Of a DNA stretch of 64,000 bases, positions 1-8,816 are shown piece after piece; the stretch's first letter is position 1, and each line of letters begins with the position of its first letter. The stretch is taken from contig JAKSUC010000006.1 in the NCBI GenBank assembly GCA_024413595.1, positions 2,339-66,338 of the forward strand, in the 5' to 3' direction. A program made the translations under genes and the position numbers. This stretch comes from Bacteroidales bacterium (GTDB lineage: Bacteria; Bacteroidota; Bacteroidia; Bacteroidales; UBA3824). Under the pieces are notes generated by a model. The model worked only from the letters and a program-made list of their open reading frames with translations, searched no databases and had not been told where the DNA came from.

Positions 1-394
1 GCAAGTCGGGTTCCATAACCATTGGACTTATTGCACATCCTACGTGATTGCTTGTAACCATTGGTTCGTCACATTGTATTAATACTACTAAATCATATTT
101 TGTTTGTTCTATTTCTTCTATTCCTTTTACTGCTTCTGCAACACGATCTATTGCTCCAACGTGACTTTCTTTGGTTTCAATTACATTTCCTTTTATTGAT
201 TTTATGTAATCGATTATTTCTTTGTCGTCAGTTGCAACATATACATCATCAAAATCTTCACAAAGCATCATTCTATTATAAACGTGACCAATCATAGGCA
301 TTCCTAATATATCAGCCATTGGTTTTCCTGGGAATTTTTTTGATCCCATACGTGCAGGTATGATACCTACTATATTTAAATCGTTCTTTCTCAT
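1..394 (-). CDS. Cytidylyltransferase, KdsB-like (CMP-KDO synthetase family); N-terminal 131 codons, 3' end outside window
   Basis: Absent from the ORF track because it runs off the edge. Hand translation of the minus strand from the ATG (complement of 392-394) gives MRKNDLNIVGIIPARMGSKKFPGKPMADILGMPMIGHV...ESHVGAIDRVAEAV...LIQCDEPMV with no stops. The IIPAR..S.K.PGKP and Q.DEP motifs align with the KdsB N-terminus. Confidence 0.6.
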   Translation of the reverse strand, partial: MRKNDLNIVGIIPARMGSKKFPGKPMADILGMPMIGHVYNRMMLCEDFDDVYVATDDKEIIDYIKSIKGNVIETKESHVGAIDRVAEAVKGIEEIEQTKYDLVVLIQCDEPMVTSNHVGCAISPMVMEPDL

Positions 395-527
395 AATCTT
401 TTTATAAAGTGAGTATATGTAACAAAGTTTTCGGTAAAAATATAAATTATTATTTAAACACTATTATTAATAATAAAAAATTGAGAAAATTTTTTTGGAA
501 ACATTTAATATATGGATAAAAAAAAAG

Positions 528-598
528 AGGTCAGTGGCGGAGTCGAACCGCCCTGAACGGTTTTGCAGACCGGTGCCTAACCGCTTGGCTAACTGACC
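528..598 (-). tRNA. tRNA-Cys (anticodon GCA)
   Basis: Cloverleaf folded by hand on the minus strand. It has a 7-bp acceptor stem GGTCAGT/ACTGACC, anticodon loop CU-GCA-AA, T-arm GGCGG-TTCGACT-CCGCC and discriminator U (typical of tRNA-Cys). Length is 71 nt with no encoded CCA. This is one of the few GC-rich patches in the AT-rich surroundings. Confidence 0.9.
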
Positions 599-612
599 TT
601 GTTTTGATGATG

Positions 613-620
613 CAAAGGTA
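613..620 (-). promoter_or_regulatory. Bacteroidota -7 promoter box TACCTTTG (TAnnTTTG) for tRNA-Cys
   Basis: Plus strand reads caaaggta, which is TACCTTTG on the minus strand, 14 nt upstream of the tRNA 5' end. The same extended motif TACCTTTG(C/T)A occurs upstream of the other tRNA and of the LD-carboxypeptidase gene. Confidence 0.5.
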
Positions 621-777
621 GAAACTATTATTGTATTTCCAAATATTTTTTTGAAAAAAAATCAATTATTTTTTTAAGCTGTGAGTAATAATTAGTTATA
701 AGTAATGTTTTATTTTTAGGTTGGTACATTTTTTCAATTTTTTGCTTTAAAATCCTTTTTTTGTTATTGGTATATTA

Positions 778-808
778 CAAAAAAAGCTGTACTAATTAGT
801 ACAGCTTT
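778..808 (-). terminator. Intrinsic terminator downstream of the FGE-family gene
   Basis: Hairpin agctgtact-aat-tagtacagct. On the minus strand it is followed by a run of 7 T. Confidence 0.6.
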
Positions 809-828
809 TATATTCGTTTTTAAGAATT

Positions 829-1653
829 TTAGTTACTTCTAACTATTCTAAAACCAATCATATTTGTAGATTTGTTAGGAGCAAAGAAATATCTTCCTGT
901 CATTCTCATATCATCAAGATTGCTATTCCAATTTCCTCCACGATAAACTCTTGTGTTTCCTTTTTCTGGACCTTTTGGATTATCTTCTGGACTATTTTTG
1001 TAATAATTTCTGTCGTAATAATCCCAAACCCATTCCCAAGCGTTTCCTGACATATCATAAAGTCCTAAAGAATTTGGTTCTTTTGTTGCAACTTGTTTTG
1101 GAGAACTGCAATTTCTACGACACCATGCAACTTTGTTATAATCATTACTTCCACTATATGAATATGATTTTTTAGTATTTCCACCTCTTGCGGCATATTC
1201 CCATTCTGCTTCGGTTGGTAATCTATAACCATTTGCGCCTTCTATTATGCTTACAGTCATACCCAAACTATCAATTTTTGTTTGATAATATTTGTCTAAT
1301 CCTTCGCATTTGCTTAACCAATTACAAAACATTATGGCATTGTTCCAACTTACATTAACGGCAGGCATTTGTCCACGTCCAAATCTACCATCGTCTGGTT
1401 TTTCTACGCCAGTTGCTTCGCAAAATAAATCGTATAATTCAAAAGTAATTTCGGTTTTGCTCATCAAAAACGAATTGAGAGTTACTTTGTGTTCTGGAGC
1501 TTCGTCTTCTATGCTCTTTTGTCCTACACTTATTGTGTAATCATTGCCCATATAAAATGTTCCTCCTGCTACACTTACCATTTCTGGTGCTTGAGAATAG
1601 CACTGTACGGCTAGCAATGATATTAGTCCGGTGAGTAAATAATTCTTTATCAT
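829..1653 (-). CDS. Formylglycine-generating-enzyme (SUMF1/FGE-sulfatase) domain protein, secreted or lipoprotein
   Basis: N-terminal signal peptide MIKNYLLTGLISLLAVQCYSQ. The motifs YRLPTEAEWEYAARGG and RGGNWNS are characteristic of the FGE-sulfatase domain. Confidence 0.8.
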   Translation of the reverse strand: MIKNYLLTGLISLLAVQCYSQAPEMVSVAGGTFYMGNDYTISVGQKSIEDEAPEHKVTLNSFLMSKTEITFELYDLFCEATGVEKPDDGRFGRGQMPAVNVSWNNAIMFCNWLSKCEGLDKYYQTKIDSLGMTVSIIEGANGYRLPTEAEWEYAARGGNTKKSYSYSGSNDYNKVAWCRRNCSSPKQVATKEPNSLGLYDMSGNAWEWVWDYYDRNYYKNSPEDNPKGPEKGNTRVYRGGNWNSNLDDMRMTGRYFFAPNKSTNMIGFRIVRSN

Positions 1654-1780
1654 CTTTTATTCTGTTAAGGTTTATATTATTTTATTCAAAAAACAAGCCA
1701 CAATCATTTTCAATTTTGTTTTAATTTTTTGATAATGATTGTTTTATATTATAGTTGTTATTAATTTTTCAAAATGAAAA

Positions 1781-3676
1781 TCATTTTGAATTTATAAATC
1801 TTACCGCTCCATTGGTTTTTATCAATTTTTGATTTTGTTCTGATGGAGATGGTAATATTTCGGTTCCGTATATTTCTATACTTTTTTTATTTACTTTTAA
1901 TATGGTTTCTTGTGACATTACTACTGGTTCTGGCCATTGACGTGTAAAATCGTCATCTTCTAATGTTTTGGCTGTTGCATCAAAACATAGACATCCACCT
2001 ACTTGATTTGGTTGCACAAAACAATGTTTTGATGGGTCTACGTTGCCTACTGAATACCATACTACTATTTCTATATCGTTTATTTCTATTCCACTATCTA
2101 TTATTAATAGAATTTTGATATTCAAATCTGGTTCTTGACAAATTTCTGTTGCTAATTTTTTTACACTACCTTTTGATTTTTGTTTTATTTGTATTATCAA
2201 AATTGGTAATTGATTATTTATCAAAATTGTATTAGCATTTTCTATTTCTGAATATTTGTTTTTGAAATATTCATTATTATATTTTAATGGAATAGGTAAA
2301 TTTACGCATTTTTCTTTTATTGTTGCATCAATAAATAATTTTCCACCACAAGTAAATTTTTCGGAAGAATGGTCTAAAACGTCTGAAACCCCTCCCCTAT
2401 CTATGTATACGTCGTTTGTAGCATTAAAATTATTTAAACATTCTAATGCAAAATTTTTATAATCTTCGATATTTGCATTTCCACTTGATACAACAAGAAT
2501 TTTGTTAAACATCATTTGACCTGCTCCCCAAAGTGCATTTTTTACTTTAGAGGCATTTCCTTCATATGAATTTTCTATTTTTGTTAATACTAAATTGTGT
2601 TCAACTCCACAAGCTGGCATGTGTAATTGTTTCAATTCTGGTACAAATGCCATTTTTATTGGAAATTGAAATATTTTTTCGGTTGCTAATGATAAATAGA
2701 AATCTTCCATTGGTGGAATTCCTACTACAGTTGCGGGATATATTGCGTTTTTTTTGTGAGTTATACATGTTACATGAAATGCGGGATAATAATCTGGCAA
2801 TGAATAAAATCCTGTATGATCACCAAATGGTCCTTCCCACAATAAATCCTCTTGTGTATCTACATATCCTTCTATAACAAAATCTACGTCTGAAGGTACT
2901 TCAATTTCTGGTTGTGTTATACATTTTACAAGTGAAACTCTTTTTTTGCGTAAAAATCCTGCCAATAAATATTCGTCAATTCCTTCTGGCAATGGAGCGG
3001 TTGCACAATAGGCATATACAGGATCTCCTCCTATGGCTATTGCTACTGGCATTTTTTGATTTTTAGATTTATATTTTTGATAATGTCGTGCTCCTGTTTT
3101 ATGTTTATGCCAATGAATTGCTGTTTTATCTTTGCCAAATATTTGAATTCGATACATTCCAAGATTTCTAATTCCTGTTTCTGGATCTTTTGTATTTACC
3201 ATTGGTAATGTTATAAAACGATTTCCATCATAAGGCCAAGTTTTTAGAATTGGTATTTTTGATAAATCTGGATTTTGTTCTATAATTTGTTGACAAATTC
3301 CTCGTCCTGATTTTGTTTTTGGAAAAAAACTTGAAATATCTTTTAATGTTGGTAATATTGAGATTTTTTTGGATAATGTATCTTTTGGTGATGTTAATGC
3401 TTTGAAAAAGAATTCTATTTCTTTGCTTTTTTGTTGAATATCATCACAATATAATGCAGAGCATATTCTTTTAAAACTTCCATATAAATTTGTAACTACG
3501 GGAAATTCTGTTCCATTATTTGTAAATAATAATGCTTTTCCTCCATTGGGTTGTTTACATTCCCGGTCGGTAAATTCCGAAATTTCAAGTATAGGATCTA
3601 CGTATGAAGAAATTTCTTTTATTTCTCCAATAGATTTTAAATACTCAATAAAACTATGTAATGAATTCACCGTCAT
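1781..3676 (-). CDS. UbiD-family decarboxylase (menaquinone biosynthesis decarboxylase type, futalosine pathway)
   Basis: 631 aa. The N-terminus LHSFIEYLKSIGEIKEISSYVDPILEISEFTDR and the central GMYRIQIFGKDKTAIHWHKHKTGARH region match the UbiD family architecture. Confidence 0.75.
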   Translation of the reverse strand: MTVNSLHSFIEYLKSIGEIKEISSYVDPILEISEFTDRECKQPNGGKALLFTNNGTEFPVVTNLYGSFKRICSALYCDDIQQKSKEIEFFFKALTSPKDTLSKKISILPTLKDISSFFPKTKSGRGICQQIIEQNPDLSKIPILKTWPYDGNRFITLPMVNTKDPETGIRNLGMYRIQIFGKDKTAIHWHKHKTGARHYQKYKSKNQKMPVAIAIGGDPVYAYCATAPLPEGIDEYLLAGFLRKKRVSLVKCITQPEIEVPSDVDFVIEGYVDTQEDLLWEGPFGDHTGFYSLPDYYPAFHVTCITHKKNAIYPATVVGIPPMEDFYLSLATEKIFQFPIKMAFVPELKQLHMPACGVEHNLVLTKIENSYEGNASKVKNALWGAGQMMFNKILVVSSGNANIEDYKNFALECLNNFNATNDVYIDRGGVSDVLDHSSEKFTCGGKLFIDATIKEKCVNLPIPLKYNNEYFKNKYSEIENANTILINNQLPILIIQIKQKSKGSVKKLATEICQEPDLNIKILLIIDSGIEINDIEIVVWYSVGNVDPSKHCFVQPNQVGGCLCFDATAKTLEDDDFTRQWPEPVVMSQETILKVNKKSIEIYGTEILPSPSEQNQKLIKTNGAVRFINSK

Positions 3677-3681
3677 AATCT

Positions 3682-3716
3682 AAAAAAAAAGGATACCGTA
3701 ACAAAAATCGATATCC
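3682..3716 (-). terminator. Intrinsic terminator downstream of the DUF1987 gene
   Basis: Minus strand reads ggatatcg-atttttgtta-cggtatcc (8-bp stem including one G-U pair), followed by 9 T. Confidence 0.55.
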
Positions 3717-3741
3717 TTATATTAATAATAAAATCAATGAC

Positions 3742-4131
3742 TTAAATATCTTCGTCTTCAGTTTCAACTTCTATCATATTGATAGGCATATCCACTAAAT
3801 CACAAATTACTTCTCCATATTCTAACACATCGTCGTCTTCATAATACCAATTTACTTCGGTTGAAGAGTCTTTGGCATACAAAACTTTTAATTGTTTTGC
3901 TATTGTGATTAGCCATTTTGAACAACTTGTATTAAAATATTCAAATTTAAAATCTACAACGGTTCCTTTGCATGGTTGTTCACAATATTTTATTATCCAT
4001 TCTACCAATGGAAGAAAAAAACTTTCTGAGTCTTCAACCAAAGAACGTCCTTGTAATAAAAGGGTTCCTGTTTCTGGATTAAAGTCTATTAATGGAGACT
4101 TTTCTGTTGCAGCTATTTGTATATGTTCCAT
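3742..4131 (-). CDS. SiaC-family (DUF1987) regulatory phosphoprotein-like, paralog 1
   Basis: 129 aa. SPLIDFNPETGTLLLQGRSLVEDSESFFLPLVEWI..Y...PC..TVVDFKFEYFNTSCSKWL...EVNWYYEDDD is the pattern I associate with DUF1987. It is clearly paralogous to the ORF at 39538-39930. Confidence 0.7.
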   Translation of the reverse strand: MEHIQIAATEKSPLIDFNPETGTLLLQGRSLVEDSESFFLPLVEWIIKYCEQPCKGTVVDFKFEYFNTSCSKWLITIAKQLKVLYAKDSSTEVNWYYEDDDVLEYGEVICDLVDMPINMIEVETEDEDI

Positions 4132-4305
4132 AAAATCTTTATCAAAATAAATTCAGCCATAAAATTAATAATTTTTTTTATAAATCAGAAATATTTATCA
4201 ATTATTTTTTTATTCTATTGACTTTTTTTCGCTTTATTGATTTTGTAACTGAAATTTATTTCAAAAAAATTTTTTTTTTACTAAGTTTTTTCTTAAAAAA
4301 ATTTG

Positions 4306-4313
4306 TAATTTTG
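4306..4313 (+). promoter_or_regulatory. -7 box TAATTTTG upstream of the SLATT-like gene
   Basis: Matches TAnnTTTG and lies 33 nt upstream of the ATG at 4346. Confidence 0.4.
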
Positions 4314-4345
4314 AACTATTGAATTATTAATAAATAAAAATAACA

Positions 4346-5116
4346 ATGAATAAAAATACCCAAAACCAAAATCCCGTTGAGGAAAAAATTGATTATTCGT
4401 CTTTTACTAAAACTTTGAGCGATGATATGAAAGAAAAATTTCAAATTTTTATCGACTCGGCAGATAACAAAAAGAAAGATGATAAAATCAAAAGGTTTAA
4501 AGAAATGTATGGTCCTTTTGATATTGATACTTATTTTAAAGTTAGACTAAATGATCAAGAAGAATATTTTAGTGACAAAGCTAGTGGCTTTAAAAAACAA
4601 TATTTAAAAAATCAAAGATGGATTATTATTTTAGGTGCTGTTATTCCTATTATTGTTTTTGCTGACACTATTATTGATTGGCTGCCTTGGCAAAAATATC
4701 ACATTGGTGGTATTCTTAGTGCTATTATGTCTGCTATTATGTCTATTATTGCTGGTTTTGATAAACTTGACCAAACTCAAAATAGATGGAATAAAACTAG
4801 AGGTACTTCTGAAATGTTGAAAAAAGAAAAATTCTTATTCAATTACAGTGCTGGTCCTTATTCTAATGCTAAAGACGAGGAAAAAGTTAAAATTTTAATT
4901 GAAAGAACTGAAGGTATTATTTCTTCTGAAGTTGGTGCTTTTGTAAAAAATTCCAAAAATGAAAATACTCTTACTCCTGATAATGAAGAACAAACCAAAC
5001 CTCATGAAGTAAATAAAAAAAACTTTGGTAATCCACTCTATTTCACTCCTGATAATAAAGAACAAACCAAACCTCATGAAGAGCAGATTGCTGATAATAA
5101 GACTATCAAACAATAA
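4346..5116 (+). CDS. DUF4231/SLATT-family two-transmembrane protein with repeat-containing C-terminal tail
   Basis: 256 aa. The core YFSDKASGFKKQYLKNQRWIIILGAVIPIIVFA (TM1) ... ILSAIMSAIMSIIAGF (TM2) ... NRWNKTRGTSEMLKKEKFLFNYSAGPY matches the DUF4231/SLATT layout of helix, 2 TM and a conserved W..R...E.L..E..Y motif. The hydrophilic tail carries a duplicated TPDN(E/K)EQTKPHE unit. Confidence 0.65.
   Translation: MNKNTQNQNPVEEKIDYSSFTKTLSDDMKEKFQIFIDSADNKKKDDKIKRFKEMYGPFDIDTYFKVRLNDQEEYFSDKASGFKKQYLKNQRWIIILGAVIPIIVFADTIIDWLPWQKYHIGGILSAIMSAIMSIIAGFDKLDQTQNRWNKTRGTSEMLKKEKFLFNYSAGPYSNAKDEEKVKILIERTEGIISSEVGAFVKNSKNENTLTPDNEEQTKPHEVNKKNFGNPLYFTPDNKEQTKPHEEQIADNKTIKQ
4973..5081 (+). repeat. 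Direct repeat of 37 bp (1 mismatch), period 72 bp, inside the 3' end of the SLATT-like gene
   Basis: actcctgataatGaagaacaaaccaaacctcatgaag at 4973-5009 matches actcctgataatAaagaacaaaccaaacctcatgaag at 5045-5081. Confidence 0.9.
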
Positions 5117-5157
5117 AATGTAACAAATTAAATCACGCTAATAAAATCAATTTTATC

Positions 5158-6021
5158 GTGAATGTTATAAATTTTATAAAAAAATACGCAAAGAATTATA
5201 TATTCATTACATTTGGATTGTTTTTATATGCCTTTGCGTGGTCAGCATTTTTATTACCTGCAAAAATTACAGGCGGTGGTGTTTCTGGCATTGCCGCTTT
5301 GATTTTTTTTGCTACTGATTTTCCTACTGGTATTTCTATTATTATTATTAACACAATTCTTGTTTTAGCTGCTATTAAAACAGTTGATTTAAAATTTGCT
5401 TTAAATTCTGTTTTTGGATTTGTTGTTATCGCTCTATTTTTCTTATTATTAGAAGGGGTTTTTACAAAACCATTAGTTGACGATGCCTTTATGTGTTCGC
5501 TTATTGCCGCTGGACTATCGGCTGTGGCTACTGCTATAACTTTTGTTAATGGTGGTAACACAGGTGGCGTTGACATTTTAGCTTTGATGATTACTAAACG
5601 TAAAAATATTTCTCCAGGTCGTATTATTTTATACCATGATTTAATTGTTATTGCTTGTTCTTATTTAATTTTCCATTCTATTGAAAAAATTGTCTATGGT
5701 TATGTAATTATGGGTGTATTTTCTTTTGTTTTAGACATGGTTTTAGAAGGTCAACGTCAATCATATCAATTCACAATATTTTCCAAAAAAAGTGAAGAAA
5801 TTGCTAGCAGAATTTCCCATGAAGTTGGACGTGGCGTTACAATGATTGATGGACATGGTTATTATTCTAAAGAACATATTCAAGTGATTATTATTATTGC
5901 TCGAAAAATGGACTACTCCCCTATCATGAAAATTATTGACGAAACAGACTCTAAAGCTTTTATTTCTGTTGCTAAAGTTGCAGGGGTTTTCGGTGAAAAT
6001 TTTGAAAAAATTAAATACTAA
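5158..6021 (+). CDS. YitT-family membrane protein (DUF2179 C-terminal domain)
   Basis: 287 aa with a GTG start. It has multi-TM segments with GGGVSGIA and NTGGVDIL motifs, and a soluble C-terminal GVTMIDGHGYYS...FISVAKVAGVFG domain typical of YitT. Confidence 0.75.
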   Translation: MNVINFIKKYAKNYIFITFGLFLYAFAWSAFLLPAKITGGGVSGIAALIFFATDFPTGISIIIINTILVLAAIKTVDLKFALNSVFGFVVIALFFLLLEGVFTKPLVDDAFMCSLIAAGLSAVATAITFVNGGNTGGVDILALMITKRKNISPGRIILYHDLIVIACSYLIFHSIEKIVYGYVIMGVFSFVLDMVLEGQRQSYQFTIFSKKSEEIASRISHEVGRGVTMIDGHGYYSKEHIQVIIIIARKMDYSPIMKIIDETDSKAFISVAKVAGVFGENFEKIKY

Positions 6022-6152
6022 TTTTTTATTTAAATTAAAAGCACAAGAATAACTCAAAAAATTAATTATTCAAATTTTCAAAAGATATATATATATCATA
6101 CAATAACAAAATATTTAACTTGAATTTTATTATAAATATAGAATAAAGATTG

Positions 6153-6160
6153 TATCTTTG
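6153..6160 (+). promoter_or_regulatory. -7 box TATCTTTG upstream of the nucleoid-associated protein gene
   Basis: Matches TAnnTTTG, 24 nt upstream of the ATG at 6184. Confidence 0.45.
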
Positions 6161-6183
6161 TACAGATTATAAATTTAGAAAAA

Positions 6184-7227
6184 ATGTTAGATTTTTCAAA
6201 CGCACACCTAAATAAAGTTATTCTTCATAAAACTGGCAATAAAGCCCGTGAAGAACAATTAATTATTTCTGAATCAGAATTAGAAATCAACGAATCTATA
6301 AAAGAAATGCTTCAACAATTTTTTCTTGGACATTTCTGCGAAGAAGCTTTTTATAGTTTCAAAACTGAAATTGACAATCAAGATAATGACGTGTTTGTTT
6401 CTGTAAAAAATATTTTTAGCAATTCTGAAAACTTTATTAGCGAAAGCAAAACAATAGCTACTAAACTTTTTGACGCAGGTAATCACCCGAAGATTAAATC
6501 TGGAGACTTATATATTGCAACTTTTTCGGATTTAGTTGTGGATGACGAACTTGTGGATGCTGTTGGTATTTTTAAATCTGAAACTAAACAAGATTTTCTT
6601 AGAATTGACTCTAGTTCAAACGGTTTTGATATTAAAATTGAGGAAGGTATTAATTTAAATAAAATTGATAAAGCGTGCCTTGTTTATAACACAGAACAAG
6701 ATTTTGGCTTTAAAATTAATATAATAGATAATGTTAACAAACAAAGTGAGGCGCAATATTGGAGAAACGATTTTTTAGGTATTGAACAGCGTAAAGACGA
6801 TTTTTATCAAACTCAAAAATATATGGAACTTTGCAAAGACTTTGTTCAAGAGGTTTACAACGAAGAACACGAAGTGGAAAAACCTCAACAAATTGCAATG
6901 TTAAATAAATCTGCCAAATATTTTAAAGAAAACGAATCTTTTGACAAAAAAGATTTTGAAGAAAATGTTTTATCTCAACCTGAAGTTATTGAAGCTTTCA
7001 ACACATTTTCGGAACAATATGCCGAAGAAAAAAATGTTCAACTTGCTGATAGCTTTGAAATTTCTGAAAATGCTGCTAAAAAAGCTCAAACTAAAATGAA
7101 AGGTGTATTAAAACTTGACAAAAACTTCCACATTTATATTCATGGTGATGAAACTAGAATTAGACGTGGTGTTGACCCTGAATCTGGCATGAAATTTTAT
7201 CAATTTTATTACGACGAAGAAGAATAA
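6184..7227 (+). CDS. Nucleoid-associated protein, NdpA/YejK (NA37) family
   Basis: 347 aa. The motifs VILHKTGNK..EE, HPKIKSGDLYIATF, VGIFKSETKQDFLRI and GINLNKIDKACLVYN match the Bacteroidota NA37-family pattern. Confidence 0.75.
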   Translation: MLDFSNAHLNKVILHKTGNKAREEQLIISESELEINESIKEMLQQFFLGHFCEEAFYSFKTEIDNQDNDVFVSVKNIFSNSENFISESKTIATKLFDAGNHPKIKSGDLYIATFSDLVVDDELVDAVGIFKSETKQDFLRIDSSSNGFDIKIEEGINLNKIDKACLVYNTEQDFGFKINIIDNVNKQSEAQYWRNDFLGIEQRKDDFYQTQKYMELCKDFVQEVYNEEHEVEKPQQIAMLNKSAKYFKENESFDKKDFEENVLSQPEVIEAFNTFSEQYAEEKNVQLADSFEISENAAKKAQTKMKGVLKLDKNFHIYIHGDETRIRRGVDPESGMKFYQFYYDEEE

Positions 7228-7243
7228 ATTAATTTTAAGTGAT

Positions 7244-7948
7244 ATGAGCTATTTTATTAATATAGAAACTTCAACCGACATTTGCTCTGTTGCTCTTAGT
7301 CAAGATAATAACGTTATTGACTTTAAAGAAAACCATGAACGAAATCATGCTGCTTCTATTGGCGTATATATTCAAGAGTTATTAAACAATAATAATTTGA
7401 AAGTTAAAGATTTAGCTGGAGTTGCTATTTGCAAAGGGCCTGGTTCTTACACTGGTTTAAGAATTGGAACTTCTACCGGTAAAGGATTAGCTTATCAAGC
7501 TGATATTAAACTTATTGCCGTTGACACTTTACAAGCAATGGCACTTCATGTTGCTGATAATTTTGATTATTGTTGCGATAAAAATAATTGTATTATTTGT
7601 TCTACTATTGACGCTGGTAGAAATGAAGCTTACACTGAATTATTTGATATTCAAAACAATTGTATCAAAAAATGTGAAGCTATTATTTTTGATGAAAACT
7701 CGTTTAATGATATTTTAATCAACAAAAAAATTATTTTTGTTGGTAATGCAGTAGATAAAATTAGTAAAATTATTAAAAATGAAAACGCTATTTTTATTAA
7801 TGATGTTTTACCATCTGCAACATATATGGCTAAACTTACCAACAAACAGTTCTTAAATAATGATTTTGTAGACGTCGCATATTTTGAACCTTTTTATCTT
7901 AAAGATTTTATTGCTATTAAATCTAACAAAAATGTTTTAATTAAATAA
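7244..7948 (+). CDS. tsaB: tRNA threonylcarbamoyladenosine (t6A) biosynthesis protein TsaB
   Basis: 234 aa with the KGPGSYTGLRIG motif and the N-terminal INIETSTDICSVAL. Confidence 0.85.
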   Translation: MSYFINIETSTDICSVALSQDNNVIDFKENHERNHAASIGVYIQELLNNNNLKVKDLAGVAICKGPGSYTGLRIGTSTGKGLAYQADIKLIAVDTLQAMALHVADNFDYCCDKNNCIICSTIDAGRNEAYTELFDIQNNCIKKCEAIIFDENSFNDILINKKIIFVGNAVDKISKIIKNENAIFINDVLPSATYMAKLTNKQFLNNDFVDVAYFEPFYLKDFIAIKSNKNVLIK

Positions 7949-7951
7949 TTT

Positions 7952-8713
7952 ATGAAAACTAAAATCTTAGCTATTATTTTTATGATGTTTTGTTTTTCGT
8001 CGTATGCTCAAAACAATACTTTTGGTCCTAAAGAAAAACTTACTTACGAAATTTATTATGCTTTTGTAACGGGTGCTAAAATGTCTTTAGAAACTAAACT
8101 TATTACTGAAAACGACAAACAAATTTATCATGTTAAAGCATTTGGTAAAACTATTGGATTAGTTGATAAAATTTATAAAATTAGTGAAGATTATCAATCT
8201 TGGTTTGATCCTAACAATAAATGTTTACCGTCTAAATCTTTAGAAGACGTTCACGAAGGTGCTACTTATAATAGAAAAATAACTGTTACTTTCAACAACG
8301 AAAACAACACTATTAATAGTACAAAATCTGGTGAACATTCTGTTAAACACGATTGTTACGATATCATTTCTGCTGCTTATTATCTTAGAACTATGGATTT
8401 AAGTAAACTTTCTCCTAACGAAGTTATTAATGTTAATACATGGTTCGGTAATGAAGAATGGCCTTTAAGAGTAAAATACATCAAAACTGAAACTATTAAA
8501 GTTGGTAAACTTGGCAAAATTTCTTGTTATCAATTTGTTCCTGTTGTTGAAGTTTCTGGTGTTTTCACCGACAAAGATGCGTTAAAATTGTGGATTTCGG
8601 CTGATGATAACAAAATTCCTGTTAGAGCTCAAATGAGTTTATTAGTTGGATCTGCAAAAGTTGACTTAATTTCTTATGAAAATCTTATTCACGATATTAA
8701 ATTTAACAAATAG
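7952..8713 (+). CDS. DUF3108-like secreted protein
   Basis: 253 aa with a signal peptide ending SSYAQ. GPKEKLTYEIYYAFVTGAKMSLE resembles the start of the DUF3108 family. No search was run. Confidence 0.5.
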   Translation: MKTKILAIIFMMFCFSSYAQNNTFGPKEKLTYEIYYAFVTGAKMSLETKLITENDKQIYHVKAFGKTIGLVDKIYKISEDYQSWFDPNNKCLPSKSLEDVHEGATYNRKITVTFNNENNTINSTKSGEHSVKHDCYDIISAAYYLRTMDLSKLSPNEVINVNTWFGNEEWPLRVKYIKTETIKVGKLGKISCYQFVPVVEVSGVFTDKDALKLWISADDNKIPVRAQMSLLVGSAKVDLISYENLIHDIKFNK

Positions 8714-8758
8714 AATTATAGATTGATTGTTTTTAATCTTTTATTCTATATTTTACAT

Positions 8759-8794
8759 AAAAAAAAGGAAATCAAAATATTGATTTCCTTTTTT
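8759..8794. terminator. Bidirectional intrinsic terminator between convergent DUF3108 and cysS genes
   Basis: Hairpin aggaaatca-aaatat-tgatttcct, flanked by an A-run on the left and a T-run on the right. Confidence 0.65.
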
Positions 8795-8816
8795 AATATT
8801 CTAGAGTTTATTTTAA

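Noticed and set aside
61-297. 78-aa plus-strand ORF from the track (L/F/H-rich)
   Set aside because: It lies antisense to a clean KdsB-like reading frame that I translated on the minus strand (1-394). Its leucine/phenylalanine-rich, low-complexity composition is what the antisense of A-rich coding DNA produces.
1700-1742. 9-bp inverted repeat ACAATCATT ... AATGATTGT with a 25-nt spacer between the ubiD-family and FGE genes, considered as an operator or terminator
   Set aside because: The loop is too large for an efficient intrinsic terminator, there is a single copy, and the arms are AT-rich. It could be real but I cannot support it beyond chance.
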